A stretch of 64,000 bases of DNA from Octopus sinensis (Eukaryota): contig NC_043021.1 in assembly GCF_006345805.1 (NCBI RefSeq), positions 18,042,001 through 18,106,000 of the forward strand, written 5' to 3'. Positions 53,834 to 64,000 of the stretch are shown one piece after another. Each line of letters opens with the position of its first letter. The stretch's first letter is position 1. The position numbers and the translations under genes are program-made. The notes below the pieces were generated by a model, which did no database searches, had not been told where the DNA came from, and saw only the letters and a program-made list of their open reading frames with translations.

Positions 53834-54003
53834 ATCATCATCATCATCGTTCGACCTTGGTCGAGACAATGGAATTTACCATGCTACGCCAGACTTCATG
53901 GTCCATCATGGCATTACGGAGGTCCTGTTGCTGGATGCCTGTATCCCTGGAGATTACATCAGGGTAGGAGAGTGTGCGCCCTCTGGTATTGCGAGTAGAT
54001 GGC
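53834..54003 (-). mobile_element. RTE-clade LINE extreme 3' end
   Basis: PSTRNTRGRTLSYPDVISRDTGIQQQDLRNAMMDHEVWRSMVNSIVSTKVER* followed by (GAT)n; flanking TACCAAT duplication. Confidence 0.85.
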
Positions 54004-54129
54004 TACCAATGGATCCAACATATCTGAAATCTGTGTGAACACATTGTTATCAAGGTAACCCATAAGAGCTTGAATTTAAAGTGAACTGATACAATAACTG
54101 TGATACATGAATGCAGATGAAAAGAGTGT

Positions 54130-54335
54130 TGGGATCGATCAAGTACCGGACAAGGATTCTGGATTATTTTTCTGTTTTTTTACATAACTTTTGAGAGTGG
54201 TCGGGTTCATTTTTAGAATTCTCGTTTGTGAGAGCAGTCAAGTTTATTTCAGATGTTCTCATTTCAAAAATCATCTCCAGCAAATGTTGAGAGGACGTTG
54301 GCAGAGGTTTGCACTCTCTGAGCACTCTTGTTATT
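54130..54335 (+). mobile_element. Helentron/HINE-like non-autonomous element, 3' part
   Basis: Ends TTGGCAGAGGTTTGCACTCTCTGAGCACTCTTGTT, resembling the subterminal-repeat plus hairpin end of HINEs. Confidence 0.5.
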
Positions 54336-54548
54336 ATCATTTAAGGTGGCGAGCTGGCAGAATAGTTAGCACACCTGGCAAAATGTTAGGCAGTATGTCA
54401 TCCGTCTCCACGTTCTGAGTTCAAATTCTGTTGAGGTTGGCTTTGCCTTTCATCCTTTCAGGGTCAATAAAATAAGTACCCGTCGAGTACTGGGGTCAAT
54501 GTAATTGACTTGCCCCCTCTCTCAAACTTGCCGGCCTTGTGCCAAAAT

Positions 54549-54729
54549 ATTATTTAAAGCAATTTGATTTGGCTCTGTGCGACTTAGTTTCATAGGCTTC
54601 TAACAGAAACCTTCTTTCAGGCTTAGATTATCAAATGGAGAAATACAGGAATCTCAACATGAATGAGCTCGGTTTCTTTTAGAAGCCTGCAAGAGTCACA
54701 TGGAGCCAAATCAGACTGCTTTGAATAAT
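54549..54729. mobile_element. MITE with ~50-bp imperfect TIRs
   Basis: ATTATTTAAAGCAATTTGATTTGGCTC..GACT..AGGCTTCTAA mirrored by TTAGAAGCCT..AGTC..GAGCCAAATCAGACTGCTTTGAATAAT. Confidence 0.75.
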
Positions 54730-55118
54730 AATATATGTAACTCCTACTAAATGTGTTAAGTGCCCTTTTCTTTTGCTTGTCCACTCATTCACTCATATAA
54801 TCCATGCCAGCATGGAAAATGGACATTAAATGACCATGATGATGATGATGATATATATCAAAGTTTATTTGATGTTAACAATTGCACTTGTTTAATTGAA
54901 CCTAAACATGTAACAGAGAGACCTTTTCTCTTTGAAGTAGAAAGCAAAGTTTTTAACAATAGGATGCACCTCAAAGTATGAAGACTACCTAAATGCCGGC
55001 CTTGTAATTGCACACATACAATATTCAGTGGGAGGATAAATCATGCCAACATGAAAAGACTAAAGACTGTGTTGACTTCTAAAATACTTGAAGACTTCTG
55101 ATTCTGATGCATGTGCTT

Positions 55119-55173
<55 letters not shown>

Positions 55174-55573
55174 ACACACACACACATACACGTCATTTTG
55201 ACTCAGTGCTACGTCAGTGTTATAAGTTTAATGGACTATCTGTATGAATATCTTATTGGTATTTATTCAGTAGAATCTGAAGGTTTGTGTAAATTTTAGT
55301 AGAAACTCTGATGTGGCAAACTAGATACGGTGGATCTTCTACTCACTCTTGTCTCTCTTTTGTTTCCTTTCGCTACCCTCTTATTTCACTTATGTAAATA
55401 TATGCCACCTCATTAAACAAACATCTATAACAACATCAGCAACAACAATAAATAAAACGTACATCAATGAGTTTCTGTAATTTCTGTTTTTCTCTGTGGA
55501 ATGTGCTGAGAATCATTTTCAATAATTGCTAGCTTAAATATATTAGATTTACTCAAGTTGCTAATTGTTTTGT

Positions 55574-55607
<34 letters not shown>

Positions 55608-55824
55608 CTCCCCCCCGCTCCACCTGGTAGAATTTTATCTGTTCTAATTAAAACAAGCATCTGGTAATAATTCTGCAAGTTGCATACTCTCTGCATTATT
55701 AAACGAAAACTCTTCCTTCCAACTGCTTCCCTCCCACCCTTCCTCCCATTCCTCGCTCTCAGAATAGCGTCACAGTAAGTAGCTGAGCTGCTAAGTGTAC
55801 ATAGGTGCACAAGGTATAGATTAC

Positions 55825-56006
55825 CTGATACAATAAAGAAACACATTGTAATTGGTGCGTACAATACAATGACAAGAGGTGTAGGCCACTGATGCTGAAT
55901 CAACACATCGACTCTGCACTGAACGTATCGTATCGGCATCTTATGACCTGCCACTGTGACATTGGCAGCTGTGCTGTTGGCGGTAGGTTGTGGCGGCTGC
56001 CAAAAT
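55825..56006 (-). CDS. Candidate spliced coding exon (182 nt), possibly a membrane protein / 7TM ECL2-TM5-like segment
   Basis: Branch point and acceptor TTCTAAGTTTCTTTGTTCTCAG|, donor CAG|GTAATC; the only fully open frame gives FWQPPQPTANSTAANVTVAGHKMPIRYVQCRVDVLIQHQWPTPLVIVLYAPITMCFFIVS; GC-richer unique sequence. Confidence 0.5.
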
Positions 56007-58479
56007 CTGAGAACAAAGAAACTTAGAAATACCGTCTTTACTTGTTGTGCTCCAAATCTTTGTAGACATTTTGTGTGTCATTTGATACTTCCAATACTTA
56101 GCTACTCTCTCAGCTTGCACTCAACCAGCCTTAATTTCAGATTCAGAATCTGGTGTTTCTCTCTTTTTTTTTTTGTTCTTGTAAAAGGATTATATAAAAA
56201 TAATAGTTTTGAAGAACAGAGATGTGTTATGATGAAGCATGAGGATCTCTTTTTCATGGGGAAAGGCTTAAACTCGACCAGAACCTGTGTATTACCGATA
56301 CATATTAATACTGCTGAGATTTAAACTCTAGAATTTTATGAATCAAACTGAAAGCTATAAAGGATTCCATCCAGTTATTCCAGTGCACTCTACTCCACTG
56401 TACTCTCTCTCTCTCTGTTCCGATGTACTCTGTTTTTCTTTCTATTTAATTATAGGTGGTGAGCTAGGAGAATTGTTAGCATGCCAGGCAAAATACTTAG
56501 CATTTTTGTCCATCTGTATGTTCTGAGTTCAAATTCCACTGAAGTTGACCTTGCCTTTCATCCTTCTGGGGTCGATAAAATAAGTACCAGTTGAACACTG
56601 GGGTTGATGTAATCAACTTGCTCCTCCTCTGAAATAGCTGGCCTTGTGCCAAAATTTGAAACCGATAATAGTTAGTGGCTGTGTATTTTAAATAGCGTTT
56701 TGAAATGTAGATCTCATGAACAATAATTAGTTTTCAGGTTGTTGATAATAGTTTGAAGGAAACCTCACCCTCAATTGTGTCACCTAGATATCCCTAACTG
56801 TAACCCAGACAAAGAGGATACAAACAGGCTCTCTTCCCATTCCTCTTCAGAATAACTAACAAGAAGAAAAACAAAAAAACCTAATTTCTAAAATGTTTTG
56901 TGTGATTAAAGAGTGACAGTTTACATTTGCTTAAAAGAGAAGACCAAAAAAAAATTGATATTTTCTCATAAGAGATAAAACAGGCTTTCATTGTTGGATT
57001 GTTTCATTTATGGTTGTTGTTGTTTAGCCCCAGGTCAGCCCAGATTGAACAGATATGATCAGTAGCATTAATAACCATTTTTAGAAGTACCTCTTGGATT
57101 ACGTTGTTCTATGTTTCTTTTTCCAAGAAAGTAGGGTGTGATTCAAGGAAGATTATACTGCTGTTTCTAGCAGGTCAAGTAATTTTGTTTATACATTTAA
57201 GAAGTTTAGTTCTTTTACTCTTTTACTTGTTTCACTCATTTGACTGTGGTCATGCTGGAGCACTGCCTTTAGTTGAGTAAATCAACCCCAGGACTTATTC
57301 TTTGTAAGCCTAGTACTTATTCTATCGGTCTCTTTTGCCGAACCACTAAGTTATGGGAATGTAAACACACCAGCATCGGTTGTCAAGCGATGTTGGGGGG
57401 TCAAACACAAACACATAAACACACACACACATACATATATACAACAGGCTTCTTTCAGTTTCCATCTGCCAAATCCACTCACAAGGCTTTGGTCGGCCCG
57501 AGGCTATAGTAGAAGACACTTGCCTAAGGTACCAAGCAGTGGGAATGAATCCAAAACCATGTGGTTGGTAAGCAAACTACTTACCACACAGCCACTTCTG
57601 TGTCTTGTTTATGAATTTTTCTACAAAGATTAAAATGTATGGAGATATGAGAGGAAATGGTGATGAAAATTAATTGTTCACTTTGGTGATACCTTAATTC
57701 CTGACTAATTGACTGTATCAGTCATTTGTTAGAGACTTAGAGCAGACATGCAAGATTAGTGATATTGTTTTGCTTTTTTCTCGTTTACCTGATTTTCAGA
57801 AAACTACATTAATCAGGCTATGATACTCTTTTAATTAATGCACTTTTGATTGCTGTTGTTTATTCTTAATTTTCTCATAAACGATAGTTTTTACTGCAAT
57901 TACTTATAATATATAATTATAAACATTGTGATGCTGTTGTTGTTGGTATTTAGCCCTTAGTCAGCTGTGATTGACCAAACCTATGATCAAAGGTATTTCA
58001 GGTATGACCATCCTGTCTTTTTGTCTATTCAAAAGTACAATTTGGCTACTATTTCCAGCAGATTAAGAGACCATGCAAAAAGTTCCCCCATTAGGTTGTA
58101 GTTAAGCAGATTTTGAAAAACTGTATACAAACTTCTTTTTTTTTAATAGTTTGATCTGGTGGAAGGGGCTCTGCCTATGGCTGCTGTAGGTTGGTGCAAT
58201 TAGTGTAGTTGATGTTCCTTGTGAATAAATGATTTCAGGAAAAACACAGGTAGAGAGGGAATCCCTGAGAGATGATATTCTGAAGAAGGAACAGCAGCTA
58301 GTACAGATCAGAGGGTTGAGGGTATCCACAATATTGGTCACAAGAGGAAGAAAAGCAAGAGCTGAGTGGCTTTGTTAGCAACTGAAATAAGAAGTAGACT
58401 GATAAAGAGGTTCAGAAGAGTAAAGTGCTCAAGCATGTTTTCTAGTGCTTCTTATCAGAAGCAGCCATCAGCAATTATT

Positions 58480-58670
58480 CCAGCTGGATCCTAAAGAAAG
58501 ACCAACCAAGGCCATGGGCTATTATCTAACCATCTCACCCATGATCTCTCATTACTGTCTCCTGCTAGTTAGCCTTTGCCATGAAATCTGTCTTGCAGTT
58601 CTTTCCTCAAACATCCTAACCACATGCCCATAATACCAGAGCCTTGACTTCTCAATGTGGAAAAGTCCTT
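58480..58670 (-). mobile_element. RTE-clade LINE relic
   Basis: HIEKSRLWYYGHVVRMFEERTARQI on the minus strand (RTE L.W.GHV.RM motif). Confidence 0.75.
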
Positions 58671-59152
58671 CATCTACGAGCTATACACTATATAGGGTAA
58701 CATTAACTCTACAACCCATTCAAGGAGTCCCATTTTGGCCTCCTGTAGTATTTGGGTCACTACCTTTGGCCTCTTGTATTTTGGTCACTACCTATGCTTC
58801 ATGACCAGGTAAATTAGAACAAGCTATATAAAATTGAACAATACAGATGAGATATAATTTTGGATAGACATATATTGAAAAATTGGATGTTAAACTGATG
58901 ATGATGGTCATCATCATTAATGTATCTTCCTATTGTCTTGACTTTGCATGCTGTGCAAATAATGTCACCATTGTGTAAACAGTTTTAATGTTTATATGTG
59001 CCACATAGATTTGTCCAGCTGCAGAGTTGTTCATCATTAGAAAGACCTAGGCGAATAGTACTTTACCTGGAAACATGTTAGGGTTGGTAATAGAAAGATT
59101 TTCTAAAGTCCTATTCTAGTCTGGAAAAGGGAGCTTTAAAATGATGATGATG

Positions 59153-59187
<35 letters not shown>

Positions 59188-60117
59188 CACAAAGAAGAGT
59201 TCCCAGTGATATATGAATTTAAAAAAACTGTACTTTACCAATAAATACAATTTTTACCAAAGCAGATCCTGGTACTCTTCTGTGTGTGTGTGTTTTTTTT
59301 TTAATCTAGTAATATGCATACATTTTTATGCCTTGCTTCCTAACCACATGGTTCCAGGTTCAGTCCCACTGTGTGGCACCACGGGCAAGTGTCTTCTACT
59401 ATAGCCTCTGACCAACCAAAGCCTTGCAAGTGGATTTAGTAGATGGAAACTGAAAGAAGCCCATATATGTGTGTGTGTGTGTGTGTGTGTGTTTGTCCTC
59501 CTACCATTGCTTGACAACTGGTGTTGGTGTGTTTACATCCCCATAACTTAGTGGTTTGGCAAAAGAGACCAGTAGAATAAGTACCAGGGTTAAAAAAAAA
59601 ACAAACAAACAAACAAGTAGTAGGGTCGATCATCTATTTGACTAAAATTCTTCAAGGTGGTGCCCCAGCATGGCCACAGTCTCACAGCCGAAACAAGTAA
59701 AGGATAAAAGATATAAATTGCATACGCATGCGTGCGTGCGTGCGTGTGTGTCTCTGTGTGTGTGTGTGTGTATGCACTTGTGTATGCATGCAGAAATGTT
59801 AGTATCCTCCAGTGTTTTGAGATACACTTGTATATGAATTTGTGTGCTAACATGTGTTTGTGTGTGTGTCTGTCAATGTATGCATGCATGTGTGTGTGTG
59901 TGTGTGTGTGTGTGTTCATCTAGTCACTCCATTGTAATAAATGTAATGCTCTAGAATACTGTAGTTAAGCTTAAAATAGATTTCCAGGGCAGCAGTTGAT
60001 AGGTAAGAGAAAGAGGGCAGCAAGGAAGATATGGTCTCTATTATTCACCCCCCCCACCACCACCACCACACACACACTTTTCATCATTCTCCACCCTTGT
60101 CCACTCACCTCGAACTG

Positions 60118-60190
<73 letters not shown>

Positions 60191-61391
60191 CTCTCTCTCT
60201 CTTTCGCTTTCTCTTTCTCTCTCCATCCATCTTGAAGTAAATCCACTTTTGTCAGCATTATTGGATAGATGCTGTGTATATGTGTTGTATAGTTGCTTTC
60301 CTTGTACAGTTTATAGGTGCTATGTGTGTGCATGTATGTGTAGGTGTTGTGTGTGTGGTGTACACATGTGGTGTTGATTGTTATGATGTAAGCATCACCT
60401 GGTTTTAACACCACCTCTTGGCCTTTGGGTGCTTTTAGCAGAGGCCTTTGTGGTTTTTTCTTTTTTTTTTTTGCAAGTATTTGGGCCAAGTCTCTGGTCT
60501 ACAGAGGACTTCCTCCCACCAGTTTTAGAGACCATGGAAAGTGTCATGAACGCCACCTTTTTACCCCTCTGACTAAGCTACTAACAAAATAAAAGTGCAG
60601 GTGGTTCCTAACTTACATCTTTTCCCTCCTCTCTTCCTTATTGCTCTTCTTGTTACTGTTGTTGTAACTCTTTTTGATGTGTTATCCCTCTTGCTAGCCA
60701 TTTCCACCCCATCCTGCAAGTATCTATATTTACACTGCTTTACATATATTAAAATACGTTTAGCATTGCTGCTTAGGAGTTCTGAGGGAAAAATGCAAAT
60801 TTAGCAAAGAAGAATGCTTGCAAAATTGAAATACCAAACATTTTCAAACATAATTACTCCCTTTATTAATTCTCTTTGACTCTTCATGGCAACTCACTGA
60901 ACTCTTCTATCAATTCTCTTTATACTATCTTTGAAGGATTTAGAAATTATAATTTCTATAAGGAGTCATTATTAAAGGTCAATTATATTTGATAACGGGA
61001 TAATGTCTGGACTAAACAATTGATGGTAGGTATGACGATACCCATCAATGCACACCAGCCTCTGGCCTCTGTGTGCTGTCTCTTCAGTATACTTCTTCTG
61101 CAAGTGGTACAGCATGGGTTTTGTCTACCCTTTATGGTAGCCAATTTAGCCACCCCTCTTTCTTAAGTGTAACATACTTTTGACCACAGTGAATGCATGT
61201 ATATAAAGCAAGCAGTCTGCACTTTTTGTGCAGTCTGCACATCCCGCTCTAGGTCACTGTCTTCTACCTCTGCAACAGTAGTCACTGCTTTCTCCTAATT
61301 CACTTACCTCTTCATTACATCAACACCCATGTTGTTACCCCTTGCAGGACATGCACTAATCATTATGCATTTGATGTGTTACCTCTGAACA

Positions 61392-61761
61392 GGAGGCGCA
61401 ATGGCCCAGTGGTTAGGGCAGTGGACTCGTGGTCGTAGGATCGCGGTTTCGATTCCCAGACTGGGTGTTGTGAGTGTTTATTGAGCGAAAACACCTAAAG
61501 CTCCACGATGCTCCGGCAGGGGATGGTGGTGACCCTGCTGTACTCTTCACCACAACTTTCTCTCACTCTTACTTCCTGTTTCTGTTGTACTTGTATTTAA
61601 GGGCGGCCTTGTCACTCTCTGTGTCACCTGAATATCCCGAGAACTACGTTAAGGGTACATGTGTCTGTGGAGTGCTCAGCCACTTACACATTAATTTCAC
61701 GAGCAGGCTGTTCCGTTGATTCAACCGGAACCCTCATCGTGTAACGGCGGAGTGCTTCCAC
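61392..61761 (+). mobile_element. SINE family C, full length
   Basis: A box TGGCCCAGTGG, B box GTTTCGATTC; 11-bp TSD ACCTCTGAACA at 61381-61391 and 61762-61772. Confidence 0.92.
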
Positions 61762-62330
61762 ACCTCTGAACATCAAACATTTGCAGTTCCCTCCCTGGCC
61801 ATGCTTTTGCTGCAGCCGTTACGGGAACATTAATTGCTTCAGTCTCACTAAACTTGGAAGGCATGGAAAAAAAAACCAAAGACACAGCTCAGGTTGTGGA
61901 ATGGATAATGTGGATAAACTCCCAAGTTCTTGCTTAAACAGCAGACACATAAGAACAGTTTTAGGAAGTAATTCTTCATCTGTTTCTGCTTAACCCTGTT
62001 ATTTTGTTGAGAAGTTATACAGAAAATACTTCTTAGCTTACATGTGGGTGGGTAAGCTATACTTCCTCCCCTCCGTGATTCATTCCATACCAAAACTATG
62101 TTATTTTTAAAACATATAAACATATTTTAGTATACTAAATTTTCTAGGTTTCATACTTTGTTCAGTGCAAGGAAACTGTTTTTCGGGCTGTACCAAGTGT
62201 GACTCTCAGTGCAGTTGTTGTTGTTGTTTTGTTTACATTTAGTTTGAGAAGGAAGCCATGCTCATTAGCTGCTACAGGCCTTCTGTAGACTTTCTAAGGC
62301 AAATGTGGTTAATATTGTCAGAATATTTGA

Positions 62331-62369
<39 letters not shown>

Positions 62370-62370
62370 C

Positions 62371-62695
62371 ATAATAAAATATTAGGGAATAAATCCAAAC
62401 TTACAGGGAAAAATCAGATAGGATTATCCAATTTTTAGTAAAATATTATTATATTAAATTAGAGATAAAACCACTATTAGGCAAGTCAAACAATGAAAAA
62501 CATAAGCCAATACATAAAATTAATTAATTTATATTATTTTAAATATATATCAAAAGTATTAAAAGTTTAATAAAAGATAAAGAGTAAAACACTACGATCG
62601 TTTCATGGCTGTACAATTCGTAATAATTCGAGTTATGGTTACAGTCAATCTTCAGGTAATTGAAATATTTATCTTAGCGAGGTTTAGCAATGAAC
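62371..62695 (-). mobile_element. Solo Penelope-like pLTR inserted in a (TA)n tract
   Basis: Very AT-rich insert bounded by (TG)n(TA)n and (TA)n, containing a hammerhead. Confidence 0.6.
62574..62675 (-). ncRNA. Type-I hammerhead ribozyme (second family)
   Basis: Minus strand: AAGATAAA..TAC-CTGAAGA-TTGACTGTA..TACAGCCAT-GAAAC-GATC-GTA/GTG..TTTATCTT; palindromic stem III ACGATCGT. Confidence 0.7.
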
Positions 62696-62954
62696 ATACA
62701 TATATATAAATTTGCTCTTCTCTGAAAATTGCTAAGCTACAAGTGGTGATATTGTCATTTCCCCCTGTCAACAAATCATCTGCTGCTTTGGTGCTTTCGA
62801 ATATCTCTAGAATAAATAGTAGAGTCCTTATTTGAAAAACAAGCTAGGGTTAGTGACAGCAAGAGCATTGGCTGTAAAACAGTGCTACAATATATACACA
62901 TCTAAGCTTTACTAGCACAGAAAAATACTCAAAATGAATGAATGAATGGATATA

Positions 62955-63467
62955 TCTATATAGATAAAACTGTAGTTGTGTGAGTGTCTGTCCCCTTCGA
63001 TTTAGATTCCTAACTACTCCCACATTTTGCGGTGCAGATTAACCAAATTCGGGCATCTTATAGTCGTGATTCATATCGAGCCCATCTGAGTATTAGCGCG
63101 CGTCAACGATGAGTCTACGATTTTAAAAATAATTTAACATCATTTTTTATTCCATTTTAATGCATAATTTTTCGTGTGTCGATGGTGGCGGAGTTGGCGT
63201 CCATGGTCACACCTGCACCTGTTTGCTTCTCCCCCTTCTTCCCTCCCTCGTGAAGCTGTGGGGAAGGGAGTGTAAGGAAATCAACGTCGTAAAGCGTTGT
63301 CAAGGAGACCAGCGTTCTTTTAGAACAACGATTTCATGGCTTGAAGACACCAAAACAGAAATGGCTAAGAAAGCCCGAATTGGAATCTATAAGGGAAGTA
63401 ACTCTCTAAAAATGCTTATATAGTTATTTCCCTTACAAACCCGAGCAACGCCGGGCGATACTGCTAG
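62955..63467 (+). mobile_element. Non-autonomous Helitron
   Basis: A|TCTATATAGATAAAAC ... CCCGAGCAACGCCGGGCGATACTGCTAG|T; 5' part shared with the 38850 copy, plus an extra ~220-bp module. Confidence 0.9.
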
Positions 63468-63482
63468 TATATATATATATAT

Positions 63483-63746
63483 ATCATCATCATCATCATT
63501 TAACGTCAGCTTTCCATGCTAGCATGTGTTGGACGATTTAACTGAGGTCTGGCGAACCAGACTCCAATCTGATCTGGCAGAGTTTCTACAGCTGGATGCC
63601 CTTCCTAACACCAACCACTCCGAGGGTGTAGTGGGTGCTTTTACGTACCACCGGCACGAGGGCCAGTCAGGTGGTACTGGCAACGGCCACGCCCAAATGG
63701 TGCTTTTTACGTGCCACCTGCACAGGAGCCAGTCCAGCGGCACTGG

Positions 63747-63748
<2 letters not shown>
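63483..63748 (-). mobile_element. Retroposon family D
   Basis: (ATC)n tail, CTGGATGCCCTTCCTAACACCAACC core, internal GCCAGTC.G.GG.ACTGGC hairpin repeats. Confidence 0.8.
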
Positions 63749-63817
<69 letters not shown>

Positions 63818-64000
63818 TACAGAAAATATAATGAAGATACCGAAAGAAGAATGGAGAATTATACATCTTCAAAATTTATTTATTATATTAGATATCTATC
63901 CAACATCTGTTTCTGCTGGATAAGTGTTCTAATGTCCTACCAGATCTGGATTATATCAGAATGTTAATAAGGTACCTGTCCAGAGTCCAAATATATATTC

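Noticed and set aside
60617-60713. Minus-strand exon with CAG| and |GTAAGT
   Set aside because: Low-complexity purine-rich sequence, and the open frame is phase-incompatible with the main reading of the 56006 exon
61394-61470. tRNA gene
   Set aside because: A and B boxes are present but no acceptor stem closes; it is the head of a TSD-flanked SINE

Overview
Eukaryotic, AT-rich, microsatellite-dense and mostly non-coding DNA. The tRNA-headed SINE families look like those of octopod cephalopods (Octopus sp.; an inference from recalled repeat families). Nearly all ORFs in the supplied track are artefacts of microsatellites and SINEs. The window is dominated by transposable elements: at least four SINE families, CR1 and RTE LINE 3' ends, four non-autonomous Helitrons, piggyBac-, hAT- and mariner-type MITEs, and local tandem duplications. 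Gene signal is limited to isolated candidate exons: a minus-strand exon at 55825-56006 and a plus-strand Inr/ATG/donor first exon at about 16.8-16.9 kb. The most striking structure is a spacer-less ~400-bp palindrome (42583-42981) inside a (TA)n-flanked insert. Each arm carries a complete type-I hammerhead ribozyme of the Penelope-like-element kind. A second, unrelated hammerhead lies at 62574-62675, and there are several decayed relics. A ~23-kb CpG-retaining domain (about 9.4-32.8 kb) sits between two CpG-depleted flanks. All coordinates were counted by eye and may be off by a few bases.
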